From: Squalus acanthias
Lineage: Eukaryota
Assembly: GCA_030390025.1 (NCBI GenBank)
Contig: CM059433.1
Coordinates: 24,182,001-24,246,000, forward strand
Reading direction: 5' to 3'
DNA length: 64,000 nucleotides
The notes under the pieces are model-generated. The model was not told where the DNA came from and made no database searches. It saw nothing but the letters and a program-made list of their open reading frames with translations. Positions 37,075 to 48,660 of the stretch are shown piece by piece. The stretch's first letter is position 1. Each line of letters starts with the position of its first letter. The position numbers and the translations under genes were made by a program.

Positions 37075-40000
37075 AGTCTCTTTACAAGCAAAGTTATGAA
37101 GGACAGCAACCAAAGTACCAGCGAAGTTAGGATCAGTAGGCAAAACTACCTCACAAAGCGTTGACTCAATGCAGAAGTCTCTCTTTCTCTCTCTCCGAAT
37201 CTCTCTCACTCTCTCAGAACGAGTGGTGCAAAAATGTCAACCACAGAAAAAGACAGGAAGAGGCCCCCTTTAAATAGCGCCCCCCCCAGCCCCACAGCGA
37301 TTGATAGCATTCCAGTCTTCCGGTCGTTGGATGCGCCAGGCGGTAAGGCAGGGGGCGCCACTCAATTTCCGCTCCGGGGCGCCACAAGGGCGTTGCACCA
37401 TGGAATGACGTCACAATCTGCACGCGCAGGTGGTCGCAGCGGTAAGGTTTAGCGCCGCCGCACAATGTCTCGTTAAGTTCCCGAGCGGCGCAAACATCGC
37501 TGCGCCCGGGCGCTAGCGGCTTTGCGCCCCATTAGCGCCCTCTTAAGGCGCTAACGGGAGGCGCAACCAACTGAATTTTTACCCCAAAGAATGGTCTTCC
37601 TGGGCAAGGAAAGTGTTTATTCGACTTGCAGGCGCGGTCGGAGCTTACTGATCGTGGCGATACGTATTGTCGTCTTCTTCTCTTCTCATCTCATCTCATC
37701 TCATCTCGGGCCTTCGGTTCCAACACCGTTTACCGACTTCTCGGGATGGTGTGCCCGTTTCAAGGCCTCACAGCCCAGTTCTTCACAGATCTTCGCGGCA
37801 AGCCACGAGGTTGATCCTGGCGGATCAGAAAGTTCAATAGTCTTCCAGCAAGTCAAACAGCAAGAGCTGCAAGAGGCAGAGGCACGAGGCAAGCGGCAAG
37901 GAGTCAAGAGGCAAGAGCAAGAGACAGATGGACGGTTGTACCTTACAGTTATAGTGCTGTAATTCCTCTTTTCCCGCCCAATCTTAATGTCTTTCTTTTG
38001 TCAGGGTTTTGGCGCTCAAACTTCTTGTATAGGGTGATCTCCGTTTAATGGGTTTCGGTGATACTGGTAACTGTCTGAGTACCCGTTAATACTTCTCCCA
38101 TTGTGGAACCGGTCAGTATTCTCCCTGGAGGGGTTTTGGGGCTGCCAAATGCTTTCTGTAACTACCCGCAAACGGCTCTCTCATCGTAGAGTCGTGGGGA
38201 TTTTGCATATTAATGTCTTTGGATGGGTTCTTGATCGCTCGGTACAATAGCCCTTATTCGCACCTGGGAGACCGATTCCAGTATTTATGCATAAAATGCA
38301 AACCCATTATGTCTTGTCAATTATCTCAAATGTGCTGAGTCTTGTCCGATCTCGCACAAATGTTTATTGGAATGCCATCTTGTCTGCTCATTGAAAAGTC
38401 TAGAACGTTCTGCCACGAGGCGTGGCGGCTATTTTACAGGCTGTTTGTGTCCACTTTGAAAACCTGACAGCATTCTGCTGAAATAAAGCTGTTTGTACGA
38501 AACTTTATGTCTCCTTCTTATTTTATAAAATCGTGATAATTTTGCGAATTCTACATCACTCATGGATGGAGAATGTTCGGAGAACAATAACCAGATAGTA
38601 GAACTGGTGAGCATGCGGAAGAGTTGCATTGGGCAACGTGATGCTGTATCAGCTGAACATACTAACCGCACGCAGTCAGAAAGCGTTTACATATTAAGTG
38701 GCGTAGTTAACCCTATAAAAGGTACTGCACTTTAGGAACTTTAACTAGTCTTGTATAGGGATAGCGTGAGCAGTCAAGGCGATATCACTTACAGGTTCCA
38801 ATGAGTTCTTTGTTCGTGAGTAATGATGGTACAGGTCTGATGAGCACCGCATGTAATGGGTTCATTAGTTTGTTCATTAATAGAGATAATTAATCATATA
38901 TCTATCTCTTGAATCCACACGCCTGTAACATAAGGGAGGTATAAGGATTATCCTGAAACCCAACAAGGCCCCTTATTTGTAAAAAAAAAAGGGCCTGATG
39001 CCTGTTTGAGGCACGGGCCCTGGAAGCCTATGTTTGCCTATACCAATATGGCGGGCAGCGCACTTCCAGCTTGTAATGAGCACACATGCCCGCCATATTG
39101 GAGGCTTTGGCGCCCATTTAGTGCGTGAAAAACAGGTGTCTGAGCCATCGGATTTCTAGGCATTCAAGTCAACTCCTCTGCTTGTAGGACAGGTTGGAAC
39201 ATGAGAAAAGGGAACAGATCTGAAGTAGAAAAGAGCCTGGCAATGACAAGCCCTTGATTCCCTTTGAGATCACCCTGGACATCAGTAACTATGACAGCAT
39301 CGAGGGAGTAGGGGAGGGTGAAGGCAAAGTAGGTAATTGTAACTCCTAAGAATGGGTGGGTGAGAAGTTAAAATTTTCAAAATTGTAAACCCGGCCCCAA
39401 CCTGCATCGAACCCGCGCGCTTCTAGTTTTAACGGAGGTGGGATGGCAACAAATCAGGAAGCGGTCGGTCGGTAAAAGCTTTTAAGGAGGCAGCGTGCCT
39501 CCATTTTTACATGATTTTTATTTTTAACCCATTTCAGCCCGATTTCCCAGGTCTCAGGAAACCCGGCAGGTAAAAGGAGGCGTGAAGGGCCGGATCCATC
39601 AGGCAAGTGCCTTGACAGCGCTGTTTGTGGGCCAGGAGGAAGAGTGTTTCCTTCAGGCCCACCAAGCCTACCTGCTTCTCGCTCCATGATCGCCAACTCC
39701 CCCCGATTTCCAACCCACGATCTCCCCCCACCTCTACGCTCTCCCCACCATCTGACCACCCCCCCCGCCCACAATCTCCCACACTGCGATCTTTCCCCCC
39801 GACCACAAGACCACCTCCCAGACCACGATCTCCTCCCCTGCGATCTCCTCCCCTACCTGCTCTCTTCTCCTCGGCTGCAGCCTTGTGTCGCAGGCTTTCC
39901 CGCCCGATAGGCAAGCAGCCTGTCAATCAGACTGACTGTCGGGTGGGTAACCTGCAGAAAAAAATGTAAAAGACATCCCGCAGTTAATATCTGCAGGACG

Positions 40001-43000
40001 TCCAGGAAGGCCGTAGTTCTGGATTTCCCATCCAGAATTCCCCCATTCCCCCCACCGCTCCAAACTCGCCTCTCCCTATTCACCATGTTTTGGTTTTCTT
40101 TCCACTGATAAACTGCATTAAACCACTGAAGCATCTTGCCAGTATATTGCAAAGCCAGCAGTGCTTGAAGATCTTTCCTGGAGCCAGTACTAAACGCATG
40201 TGTTCCTATTCTGTTTTGCAGACCTGGAAGAACAGTTTGACTCCACAGCTATTGGTGCTCAGTAAGCCAGCATCCTGCGTTATTCTCAACTTTTACACAC
40301 ACCAGTAGTAGCCATTCTAATGGAAACCTTCACATTAACAGCTGTCTGAAAGTTGTGATTTGATATTTTTTTTCTGGTTGCCAGATCTCCCCAATAGCTG
40401 AAGAAGAACCACTTTGGCCAGAAAAAATAGCAGCCAGATTATCTTTGCTTCTGGCAGCCGTGCTGCCTCTGGAAGTGATACAGAAAACTATCCTTTGACT
40501 TGGCTCTCAGTGTCTCTGGAAGAACCTTATTTATTGTACAGCACTCTCACTGAAGTCAGGACTGCTATCAGCAGCAGTACGATAAGAGGCCAGTAAATAA
40601 ATACTATCTGTTTCAGTATGTGTTAACAGAATCACATTTAAGTGGGAGTAAACCATCCTTGAATGTGTGTTGTGCATATCGCTGAATTATAAATAGACAA
40701 GGACAACGGTATAAGTTTAGTAAAGATTTTAATTCTGTGAATTTCGAGTCCATCTGCAGATGTTACAACTGATGAATGTACAAGTTACTCAGACACAGGT
40801 TAAACCAGCACACTCATGATTAAAGTTTAACGGAAAAAATGTGATTTGACATTTGAGAGCAGCATTAACTGAAAAATTCAGTGCCTGTATGAGAAAAAAG
40901 GATACAGTTTGTCACACTTAATTAAGACGATCAGAACAGCTTTGCTTAGAATTTGTAGCCTTCGATTAAATCCCACAAACCAAGTGTTCACTTTTGTTTT
41001 GAGAGAAGTTAGGGAAACCAATGTAAAGTTTTGAAGAACCCTTGGCATTTACTCTCCAGTAGTTCTAGCAAGTCTCCACTATGGTCACATATTCTGGCTC
41101 AGCTAAAGATACTGTTCTTTGATATTTCCTGTTTCAATTTGTTTGTCTGTGCTTTCTTGTTCAGCACTGCACTGTGTAAACATTCACAGTCAGGATTCTG
41201 CTCTTGTTTTTGCAGCAGTTAAAACAATCACAACCCCTACATTTGTAGGAGAACCTGGTTGTTTTGCAATTCTAACTTTGATAACTATATTCAAACATTT
41301 TGCTCCCATTATAAACTTTAAAAGTGGAGTTGGAAAATGTACATTGGCTACTCTCCTGCTGTAAGGCCAGTGAAAGGTATTGTCACCTGATCAAGCAAGT
41401 ACTTTTCAGGATTTTTCCACAAAGTGAATAGGTTGATTGACTATGAAGAAAAGAAAGACTTGCATTTCTATAGCGCCTTTCATGACCACCGGACGTCTCA
41501 AAGCACTTCACGGTCAATGAAGTACTTTTTGAAGTGTAGTCACTGTTGTAATGTAGGAAACGCGGCAGCCAATTTGCGCACAGCAAGCTCCCACAAACAG
41601 CAATGTGATAATGACCAGATAACCTGTTTCAGTGATGTTGATTGTGGGATAAATATTGGGATTTTCAAGTACAGTTTCAGTACCTTATATCCAAATGATT
41701 AAAATTCAGGTACAAATGTTGATTATACCTTTCTACGAACTCAACTTTATTAAAAAAGATTGCAGCTTCATTAATGCATATTGGGTTCTTTGTGTCTTTT
41801 TTGACTGAATTTTCAAGTCCACTATTAATTTACACGGAATCGTAGCTATCGTGCTTCATTTTGGGTATTAAATGACAAGGTGCGACTTCCAGTCTTAACT
41901 GATGTTTACATGCTGGCATGCCTTAGGTGGGGTATGTAAACCCTGTTCCATGGGGAGGGGCAAGGAAACTGGATGATGCTCCCCATCAACCAAATGCATT
42001 CTCTGTATGGGTTGGCCAAAGAGCAGTAATTACAGTGAGATATTCGCAGGTAGAGTCACTGAATTACTCACAGTTTACAACACCACCAAAAATAATGCGT
42101 CCACTTAAAGAGAGCAGGGATTTTTTTTTAAATAATAGTTAGGGATAATATTTCATTAGGTATGACACTGTCTCATTAGTAATAAAGGACAATATGCCGT
42201 TTGCTTAAAAGTATATCACAGTACCTGTTAATGTAATGTTAAAGCATTTGAGACTTGCTAGTTATTAACAAACATTTAATTCAAATATGGAAGAGAGAAT
42301 TAGGGTCATCACACTGCTGATTAATGCAAATTAGAAACTGCATGAACTTTTTCTTTCTTTGCACAGAGTTCACCAACACATCGGGTAACCCTGCAGCAAA
42401 GCTTCGGACCCTGCAATTTATTTTTTAAGGCATACGTGTAACTGCACGAGTTATTTAAAGCGACGCTGCTGCATAACAGTTATACTTTAAAATCACTGGA
42501 TACCTCATCGAAACATTAAGTTATCTTAATAAATACCAATTCTCACTGCAATTATAAAATAAAATAACTTAGACGGCAAAGTCAGCTTTCCAACGTGTGC
42601 TACAAGTATGGGCTGCTACACTTGGAGCAGAGTCCACCTCCGGCAGGTGTAGAACACTTTCCTCTTCTCTTCGCTACCCACCCGCAACATTAAATTAAAA
42701 AGCCGACGGGCTGCCCCGGAATCCAATGCACATCACGACGTTGCCCTGCACTGAAAGCTCCCTATCTACTTACCAATGTAAGTTCCACCCCCACACAAAG
42801 GCTGAAGGACTCACGCCAGCTCATAATTTCAACGCGCGTGCAATCAGGTCACACTTTCGGGGGCTTGGCTCCCTCATAAACTAGCAGTGCCGCCGCACAT
42901 ACACAATGCACCACATAAGCATCTGCATATGCGCAGTAATGATTTGCATTTTGGAAGTAATGGGACCAGCACTATGTGTACTCTGCATAACCTGGCCACA

Positions 43001-43782
43001 GCAACTAAGGTACAATTATTTAATTCACCTCACTCACACAAGACAGGTAACAACAGACTAAGTTACCTCATATCCTTTTTTTTCGTACTGTGCGCCACAA
43101 ATAGGCACACAACCAACACTTCAAAATAGGTGAGTACCCCTGTAACATAAGCAGATGTGTGTGCCGGCTTAACTCAACCGCACAGATTTTTTTTAAAACC
43201 ATGAATGCTGGAAATCTGAAATAAAGACAGAAAATGTTGAAGATACAAAGCAGGTCAGTCAGCACCTGAAACAGGAACTGTCCTTTCTCTTTCAGATCCT
43301 CACTGGGCTACTGTGTATTTCCAGCATTTTCTGATTTTACCTCAACACCGCATAGGGCCACAGCTATCAGCTCCTCCTCAAATGTAGGTGGTCCAGGTAC
43401 CTGATAAACTACAGCTTAAAGTCTGTGGTAACAGAGCAAACTATCTCAATGCATCAAGCCTTTGACAAACAACAATTATGGAAATTCCTGAGAAGAGCGA
43501 TTGGAGTTTTGGGCAAGTACAAGGTACACAGGATGAAGAGGGACTAATCTGGAACTGCGTCCGCGAGCAAAAGTGGAAACAGAAGATTTGTGTATGATTG
43601 TTGACCATTGTTGACCAGTCAAACTGGACATAATCAGTAGAAGGAAGAGGATGGATAGGCTGAGCAGGCTGTTATTGTTGGATAGTCATTTGCACTAAAG
43701 AGGAATTGACTGTGTGAAACACATCTATGACGCACTCAATCATCTGCTTCTACACTGTGGTTCCAACACAGCCATATCATAT

Positions 43783-43788
43783 TTTATT
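43783..43788 (-). promoter_or_regulatory. Candidate ELOVL5 polyadenylation signal (AATAAA); alternative at 44174-44179
   Basis: tttatt on the + strand within the AT-rich, repeat-free region downstream of the stop. Which site is used cannot be told from sequence. Confidence 0.35.
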
Positions 43789-44341
43789 AAAACCAGCAAG
43801 CCAAGTATTTATAATCAAGAAAGAGGTATAGGATTCTTGAAACATTTAAAACATAAAATTATGCAGCATTGCAACTTTAGATAGAGCTAAGGCATGTGGG
43901 TCAACACCCTGTGCCAAATTACATTTCAGTTGAAACATATAAATATGGTTTAAGATTAAAGTGAATACAAGACAGTACCTAACACACAAATAAGCAGTAA
44001 GGCAACAACAGTGTTGTAAACTAAAATCAACCACATTTTACCTGATTCACACTGGGGTCCATTGCACTAGTTCAGAAAATAATCTAACATTTTTAAAACT
44101 ATATAGGGCTGATATGATTTTCCCTACCTTTCTAAGACTTAGGAACTTTTTTGTATAAGGAAGTTTCTCTAAATTTATTTTCCCTATTGATCACAACAAT
44201 ATTCAGTTCCAAATTCCTACCCTATATGGCTAGATAACGCAGGACTGGACATAGTTAACACATTGGTAACTTTTGAAATTGCCTTAGAACATCACAAAAA
44301 ATCTTAGTGTGCTGACAAAACGCGGTTCTAGCCCTGGAATC

Positions 44342-44467
44342 TTAGTGGGTTTTCTTTGCTGAATAGTGGTCCATCTGTGTAGAGAGGCCATTTGTGTGTC
44401 CATTCGCAGCTATTGTTGATCCATTTAGACAGTCTTTCCTTTTGAAAGCGCTCTTTTTCTTGTAGGT
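44342..44467 (-). CDS. ELOVL5: ELOVL5 terminal coding exon (41 aa + TAA)
   Basis: tttcag acceptor. Translates TYKKKSAFKRKDCLNGSTIAANGHTNGLSTQMDHYSAKKTH*; the NGHTN motif is typical of ELOVL5 and the end is di-lysine. Confidence 0.93.
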   Translation of the reverse strand, partial: TYKKKSAFKRKDCLNGSTIAANGHTNGLSTQMDHYSAKKTH

Positions 44468-44680
44468 CTGAAATTGTCCAAACACAAAAGAGAAAAGAAA
44501 TGAATGTGGGTTCTTTTGCAGAGCATAGCACAGTGAGCCCACTTGTAGGCAATTCTAATGAATGAGTACCTTGTATACAGGCAATTCTTAAAGCCTTGGA
44601 TAAAGGTGTATTTGTATGCAATCCAGTAACACACAAAGAACAACTCTGTCCCTCCCCCGGTTTCTTGTATTTTATATAGT

Positions 44681-44682
<2 letters not shown>

Positions 44683-44728
<46 letters not shown>
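44683..44728. repeat. (TA)23 microsatellite in the last ELOVL5 intron
   Basis: Direct reading. Confidence 0.97.
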
Positions 44729-44732
<4 letters not shown>

Positions 44733-44776
44733 GGCTCAGGACCAGGGGTAAGTAGAGCATTCCACAGTGAATCTAA

Positions 44777-45411
44777 GGCCTCGAGTTTACCAGGGAAGGG
44801 TGCTTAACGGCAGTGCCTCATTTGAATAAATCTCTGCAAAGTTCTGCCCGACACCTGGCCAGATTGACTACCTGACCAGCGGGTGGAGGTGGGCACCTGG
44901 CGGCAGGAGGCCACCGTGGGAACGGTCCCCAGCAGTCAGTGGAGGGGGGGAAGGCTCTGGGCATGATCGGGAGGGGGTAGCAAGGGAGGCCCAAGACTTC
45001 CGTGTGCACTCCAGAGGACCACTCCTGCCCCTTCTGGCCCACAAGTAAACCTAAAATAACACTTTAAAACTTACCTCCTGGACCTCTTCTGGCCCTGGAA
45101 CTGGCTCCCTACAGGGTTGCCTTACTGGGAAGCCGTCACTGACCCCCCCCCCACCCCCCGCTCAGACCTTCAACTGAAATTGCAGATCGGGTCCTGGTGA
45201 CATAATCGGACCCAATCTGCATATTTAAAGACGGATCCCGCTTTCTTCCTGCGGGTGTCCCGCTTGCCTGCTCAAAAGAGGAAGGTTAAGATCTGGACAG
45301 GGTGGGAAGGCAGAGGGATCAGAGAGGGTAAGTGACTGGCCTTATTTTAACTGCCCCCCCACTCCCCCCCCGCCACTGCCTGGTTTCCGCCAAGCAGTTA
45401 AAATCGGGGCC
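44777..45411. mobile_element. Harbinger-type MITE
   Basis: TIRs GGCCTCGAGTTTA / GGCCCCGATTTTA (reverse complement); TSD TAA on both sides. Confidence 0.75.
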
Positions 45412-46077
45412 TAACTCTCTCTCACTTGGACAGCAAGTGAATAAGCAGGAAATAGCAGGAGCACAAATATTATACCACAGCAGTTAATCCTGCTTGTGTG
45501 TATTTTATGGGTAAGTCGGAGTAGCAAGCAAGTGGGCCTGACTCGCTATCTATATAAAAGCTATGAGAGCGCCCCTCTCCATCAAGACCTCCACTTCAAA
45601 GTGCCTAAACTATATTAAAAAAGAGAAAGAAGGGCATTTTTTTCCGACCTAGGTCTGAAAACAGACCTGGTAATCTGGAACCTTCCCTCACAATGTGGAT
45701 GTGACATACTCTGAGATTACCTGGGATGTGGTAAGGCACTAAGTAAAAATACAACTTCTTTATTTTAATGGCAGTGATTCTTTGCCAGGCTATACATTGC
45801 ATGCCGTTATGGCTGTGAAATTGTTCAGGGGATCTTCTGCTCTCCTGCCGTAACACCGGCTTAACTGCCAAAAAAGCGATAGGGGCCAGCATAACTGGGC
45901 TACGCTGCGTTTTTTGGGGCTTTCAGAGTTACGGTGGATGACTGGGAGAACTCCCACAGAAGTTCAGGGCCGATGTGTTTTTAATAATCATGACCTGCAC
46001 TTGTGTGACTTTTTAACCAATCATTTGCCTTATCAATGGGCCTGTATGGTAGACATTTATTTTTTAGGACCTAGAAG

Positions 46078-46241
46078 CAATGTTCCCTCTAATTTTTTTT
46101 TTGGCTGCACGGCCCCTTTAAGAGGCTGCGCAGCCCAATCAAATTTCCGCGCATGCGCGGTTTTTCCATTGTGAAGCCGGCAAGCGGCCTGTGCGGGACC
46201 TCCAGGTAGCGGCACAGCCGCGTGGCTTAACGAGAACATTG
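46078..46241 (+). mobile_element. hAT-type MITE (164 bp); related copy in opposite orientation at 46464-46609
   Basis: TIR CAATGTTC...GAACATTG; 8-bp TSD CCTAGAAG/CCTACAAG. Confidence 0.75.
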
Positions 46242-46619
46242 CCTACAAGTAAATACTGCAATTTCCAAAATGATTTGACATGAAGCTTTGAAGCCATTGT
46301 GTTTCTGCAGTATGTCTTGATGCCATTTTCTGCTGTTTACTGCCTGCGTGAAGTGGGGGGGAAATTCTCTTGGATGGATTCTAAAGGGGAAGATTCTGCA
46401 TTGCCCACCTCTCTGACTTTTCTGATGAAGTGCCATCCCAAGTGGGCTGAGAAGCCCCCTGACCAATGTTCCCCCCTAAGTTGCACAATCGCGCACCAAT
46501 CAGGAGGTCCTGCGCAGGCCGCTCACCAGCTGCTGTCGCTGGAAAAGATACGGCTGCGCAGCAAATTTAAAGGGACCGTGCACCAAAAAAAAAATTAGAG
46601 GGAACATTGCCTAGGACAT

Positions 46620-48080
46620 GATGTCCCTCGACTTCCAAAAAAGCCTTTGACAACGTTCTGGATGAAAGGCTGTTAGTTAAGCTCAAGGCTGTGAAGATTC
46701 AGGGTAAATCTTTGGAATGGTTAAGAAATTGGCGTAAGAGCAGAAAACAAGTACTTGTTGTTAATGTCAGGGTGGAAGGGGAGTACTAAGTGGAGTGCCC
46801 CAGGGCTCAGTACTGGGATTACTACAGTCTCTAATTTACAACACTGATATAGATTCGTAAACCCAATAAAAATTGGTCAAATTTGCAGATGATACCAAAG
46901 TAGGAAGGGCAGTGGAATCAAAGGTGCTATGAGGAAAGATTGGATAGGCTGGGGTAGTTTTCTTTGGAATGGAGGAGGCTGAGGGGAGACTTGATTAAGG
47001 TGTATAAAATCATGAGGGGCCTAGATAGAGTGGATAGGAAGGACCTATTTCCCCTAGCAGAGGTGTCAATAACCAGGGGGCATAAATTTAAAGTAATTGG
47101 TAGAAGGATTAGAGTCGAGTTCAGGAGAGCTTTTTTCACCCAGAGGGTGGTGGGGGTCGGAACCCTCATCGCATTTTAAAAAGTACTTGCATATGTACTT
47201 GAAGTGCCATAACCTGCAAGGCTACGGACCAAGAGCTGGAAAGTGGGATTAGGCTGGGTAGCTCTTTTTCGGCCGGCACAGACACGATTGGCCGAATGGC
47301 CTCCTTCTGTGCCGTAAATTTCTATGGTTCTATTCTATGATCAGAAATTAAATAAATACGTTGCACAAAATATTTAAGTGGAGAGAACAATGGCCGATGG
47401 AGTTTAATGCAAACAACTGTAAAGCACTGCTCATAAGAAAGAATAATGGTCGGCACAAGTACTCCATGAACGAAGTTAAAGCTAAAGTTGTTTAGTAGAC
47501 TTGATGCTCAAAATGTTCAATCGATGCAGAGCAGCAAACAGCAAAACCAATGGAATGTATATAGCCAGAACAGCAGTCAGAGGAAGCCATGCTCAAACCG
47601 CGCCGTGCGTTCGTCAGACCATAGCTTGAGCACAATGTGCACCAAGACACAAAGGACTGATATCAGGATGTCCTTCAATGGTTGGAGGCACTGCAGGAAA
47701 GAGCCAGAAAGTTGATCTCTAGCGTCAAATATCTGAGTTATGAGAAAAGATTGGAGCAACTTGGGCTTTTCAACATCAAAAAGAATGTGCCTGAGAGTTG
47801 ATCTTACAGAGGTGTTTATACAACGGTTAACAGAATGGAAAAGGTAAATCCAGAAAATTACTTTAAATTACATTGTGAGAGTAGCACAAGGAAGCACAGG
47901 TTCAAACTAGTAAAAGGCAAATTTAGGATCGATATCAGAGTGTTCTTCTTGACACAAAGACTGATCAACGCATGGAATAGACTGAAGTGAGTATTAGGGG
48001 CGGAAACCCCGGAATCATTTCTGAAACAATTGGATGCTGCAACGGGGACCTCAGGGCCTCTCTACAATGGGTCAAATAGC
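46620..48080 (+). mobile_element. Old CR1 RT fragment with a younger CR1 3' end inserted (~46927-47340)
   Basis: DFQKAFD, GVPQGSVLG and KFADDTK remnants; ORF 46964-47179. Confidence 0.8.
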
Positions 48081-48467
48081 TTTCCTTATCCTTAATTATT
48101 TGGTGATTTTGCTAAGTGGCTTATTTACACTAATTAAGGTGATAAGTTGGAAGAAATAGAACTGACTAGCAACCTATTTCTCAGTTGGTGCAGATTAGAA
48201 TGTGGTAATGGTGGGAGACACAGTGGAGGAAAACTATGCAGACTATGTCCCCAAAATAGCCCAATATCTGTCAAGCACCTAGATAATAGGCCGCTTCGAT
48301 TAAAAAAAATACACATATTCACAAACCCTTGAAAGCTGTGCTTCCATACACATACCCTACACAGGGATTTTCAAATAAAATTGAAAGTACTAAATGTTAT
48401 ACGGAATGCACAAAAACGAAGCAATGAGACCAGATTATTTAAACAGCTGCCTAATGCTACCACTTAC

Positions 48468-48602
48468 CTGAATATAAAAATTAGTGAAGAGGATAATCAG
48501 AGAGATCATGTAGCCAATCTGGAAATACAGCCAGCCACTTGGGAATCCACACGGCCAGAAAACACCAAAACTAGTCTGAATTATCGTCAGAACAAACTGG
48601 AG
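48468..48602 (-). CDS. ELOVL5: ELOVL5 coding exon (135 bp)
   Basis: gttttcag/gtaagt boundaries. Translates LQFVLTIIQTSFGVFWPCGFPSGWLYFQIGYMISLIILFTNFYIQ. Confidence 0.97.
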
Positions 48603-48660
48603 CTGAAAACATTGGAGAAATTTAGGATCTGTATCTGAACAACTTATAAGCAAAGACAAA

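Larger units (their letters stand above)
33376..37585. mobile_element. Autonomous-type PIF/Harbinger DNA transposon (4210 bp)
   Basis: TIRs GGGGGAAAAATT / GGGGTAAAAATT (reverse complement). 3-bp TSD AAA at 33373-33375 and 37586-37588. Convergent Myb/SANT and DDE transposase genes. Confidence 0.95.
32712..38929 (-). mobile_element. Probable long solo LTR (~2.0 kb once the inserted Harbinger is removed); right boundary 38929 or 38793
   Basis: TGT...ACA termini. On the minus strand: CCAAT, GC box and TATA-like cluster at ~37945-37985, a CTCTTG-rich R-like tract, and AATAAA at 37616-37621 and ~32931-32936. CpG-rich. No clean TSD seen. Confidence 0.6.

Noticed and set aside
1..44000. GCM1, the neighbour downstream of ELOVL5 in human
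   Set aside because: I found no GCM-domain motifs (WDIND, AMRNTNNHN, PVTNFWR) by eye. A TBLASTN search would be decisive.
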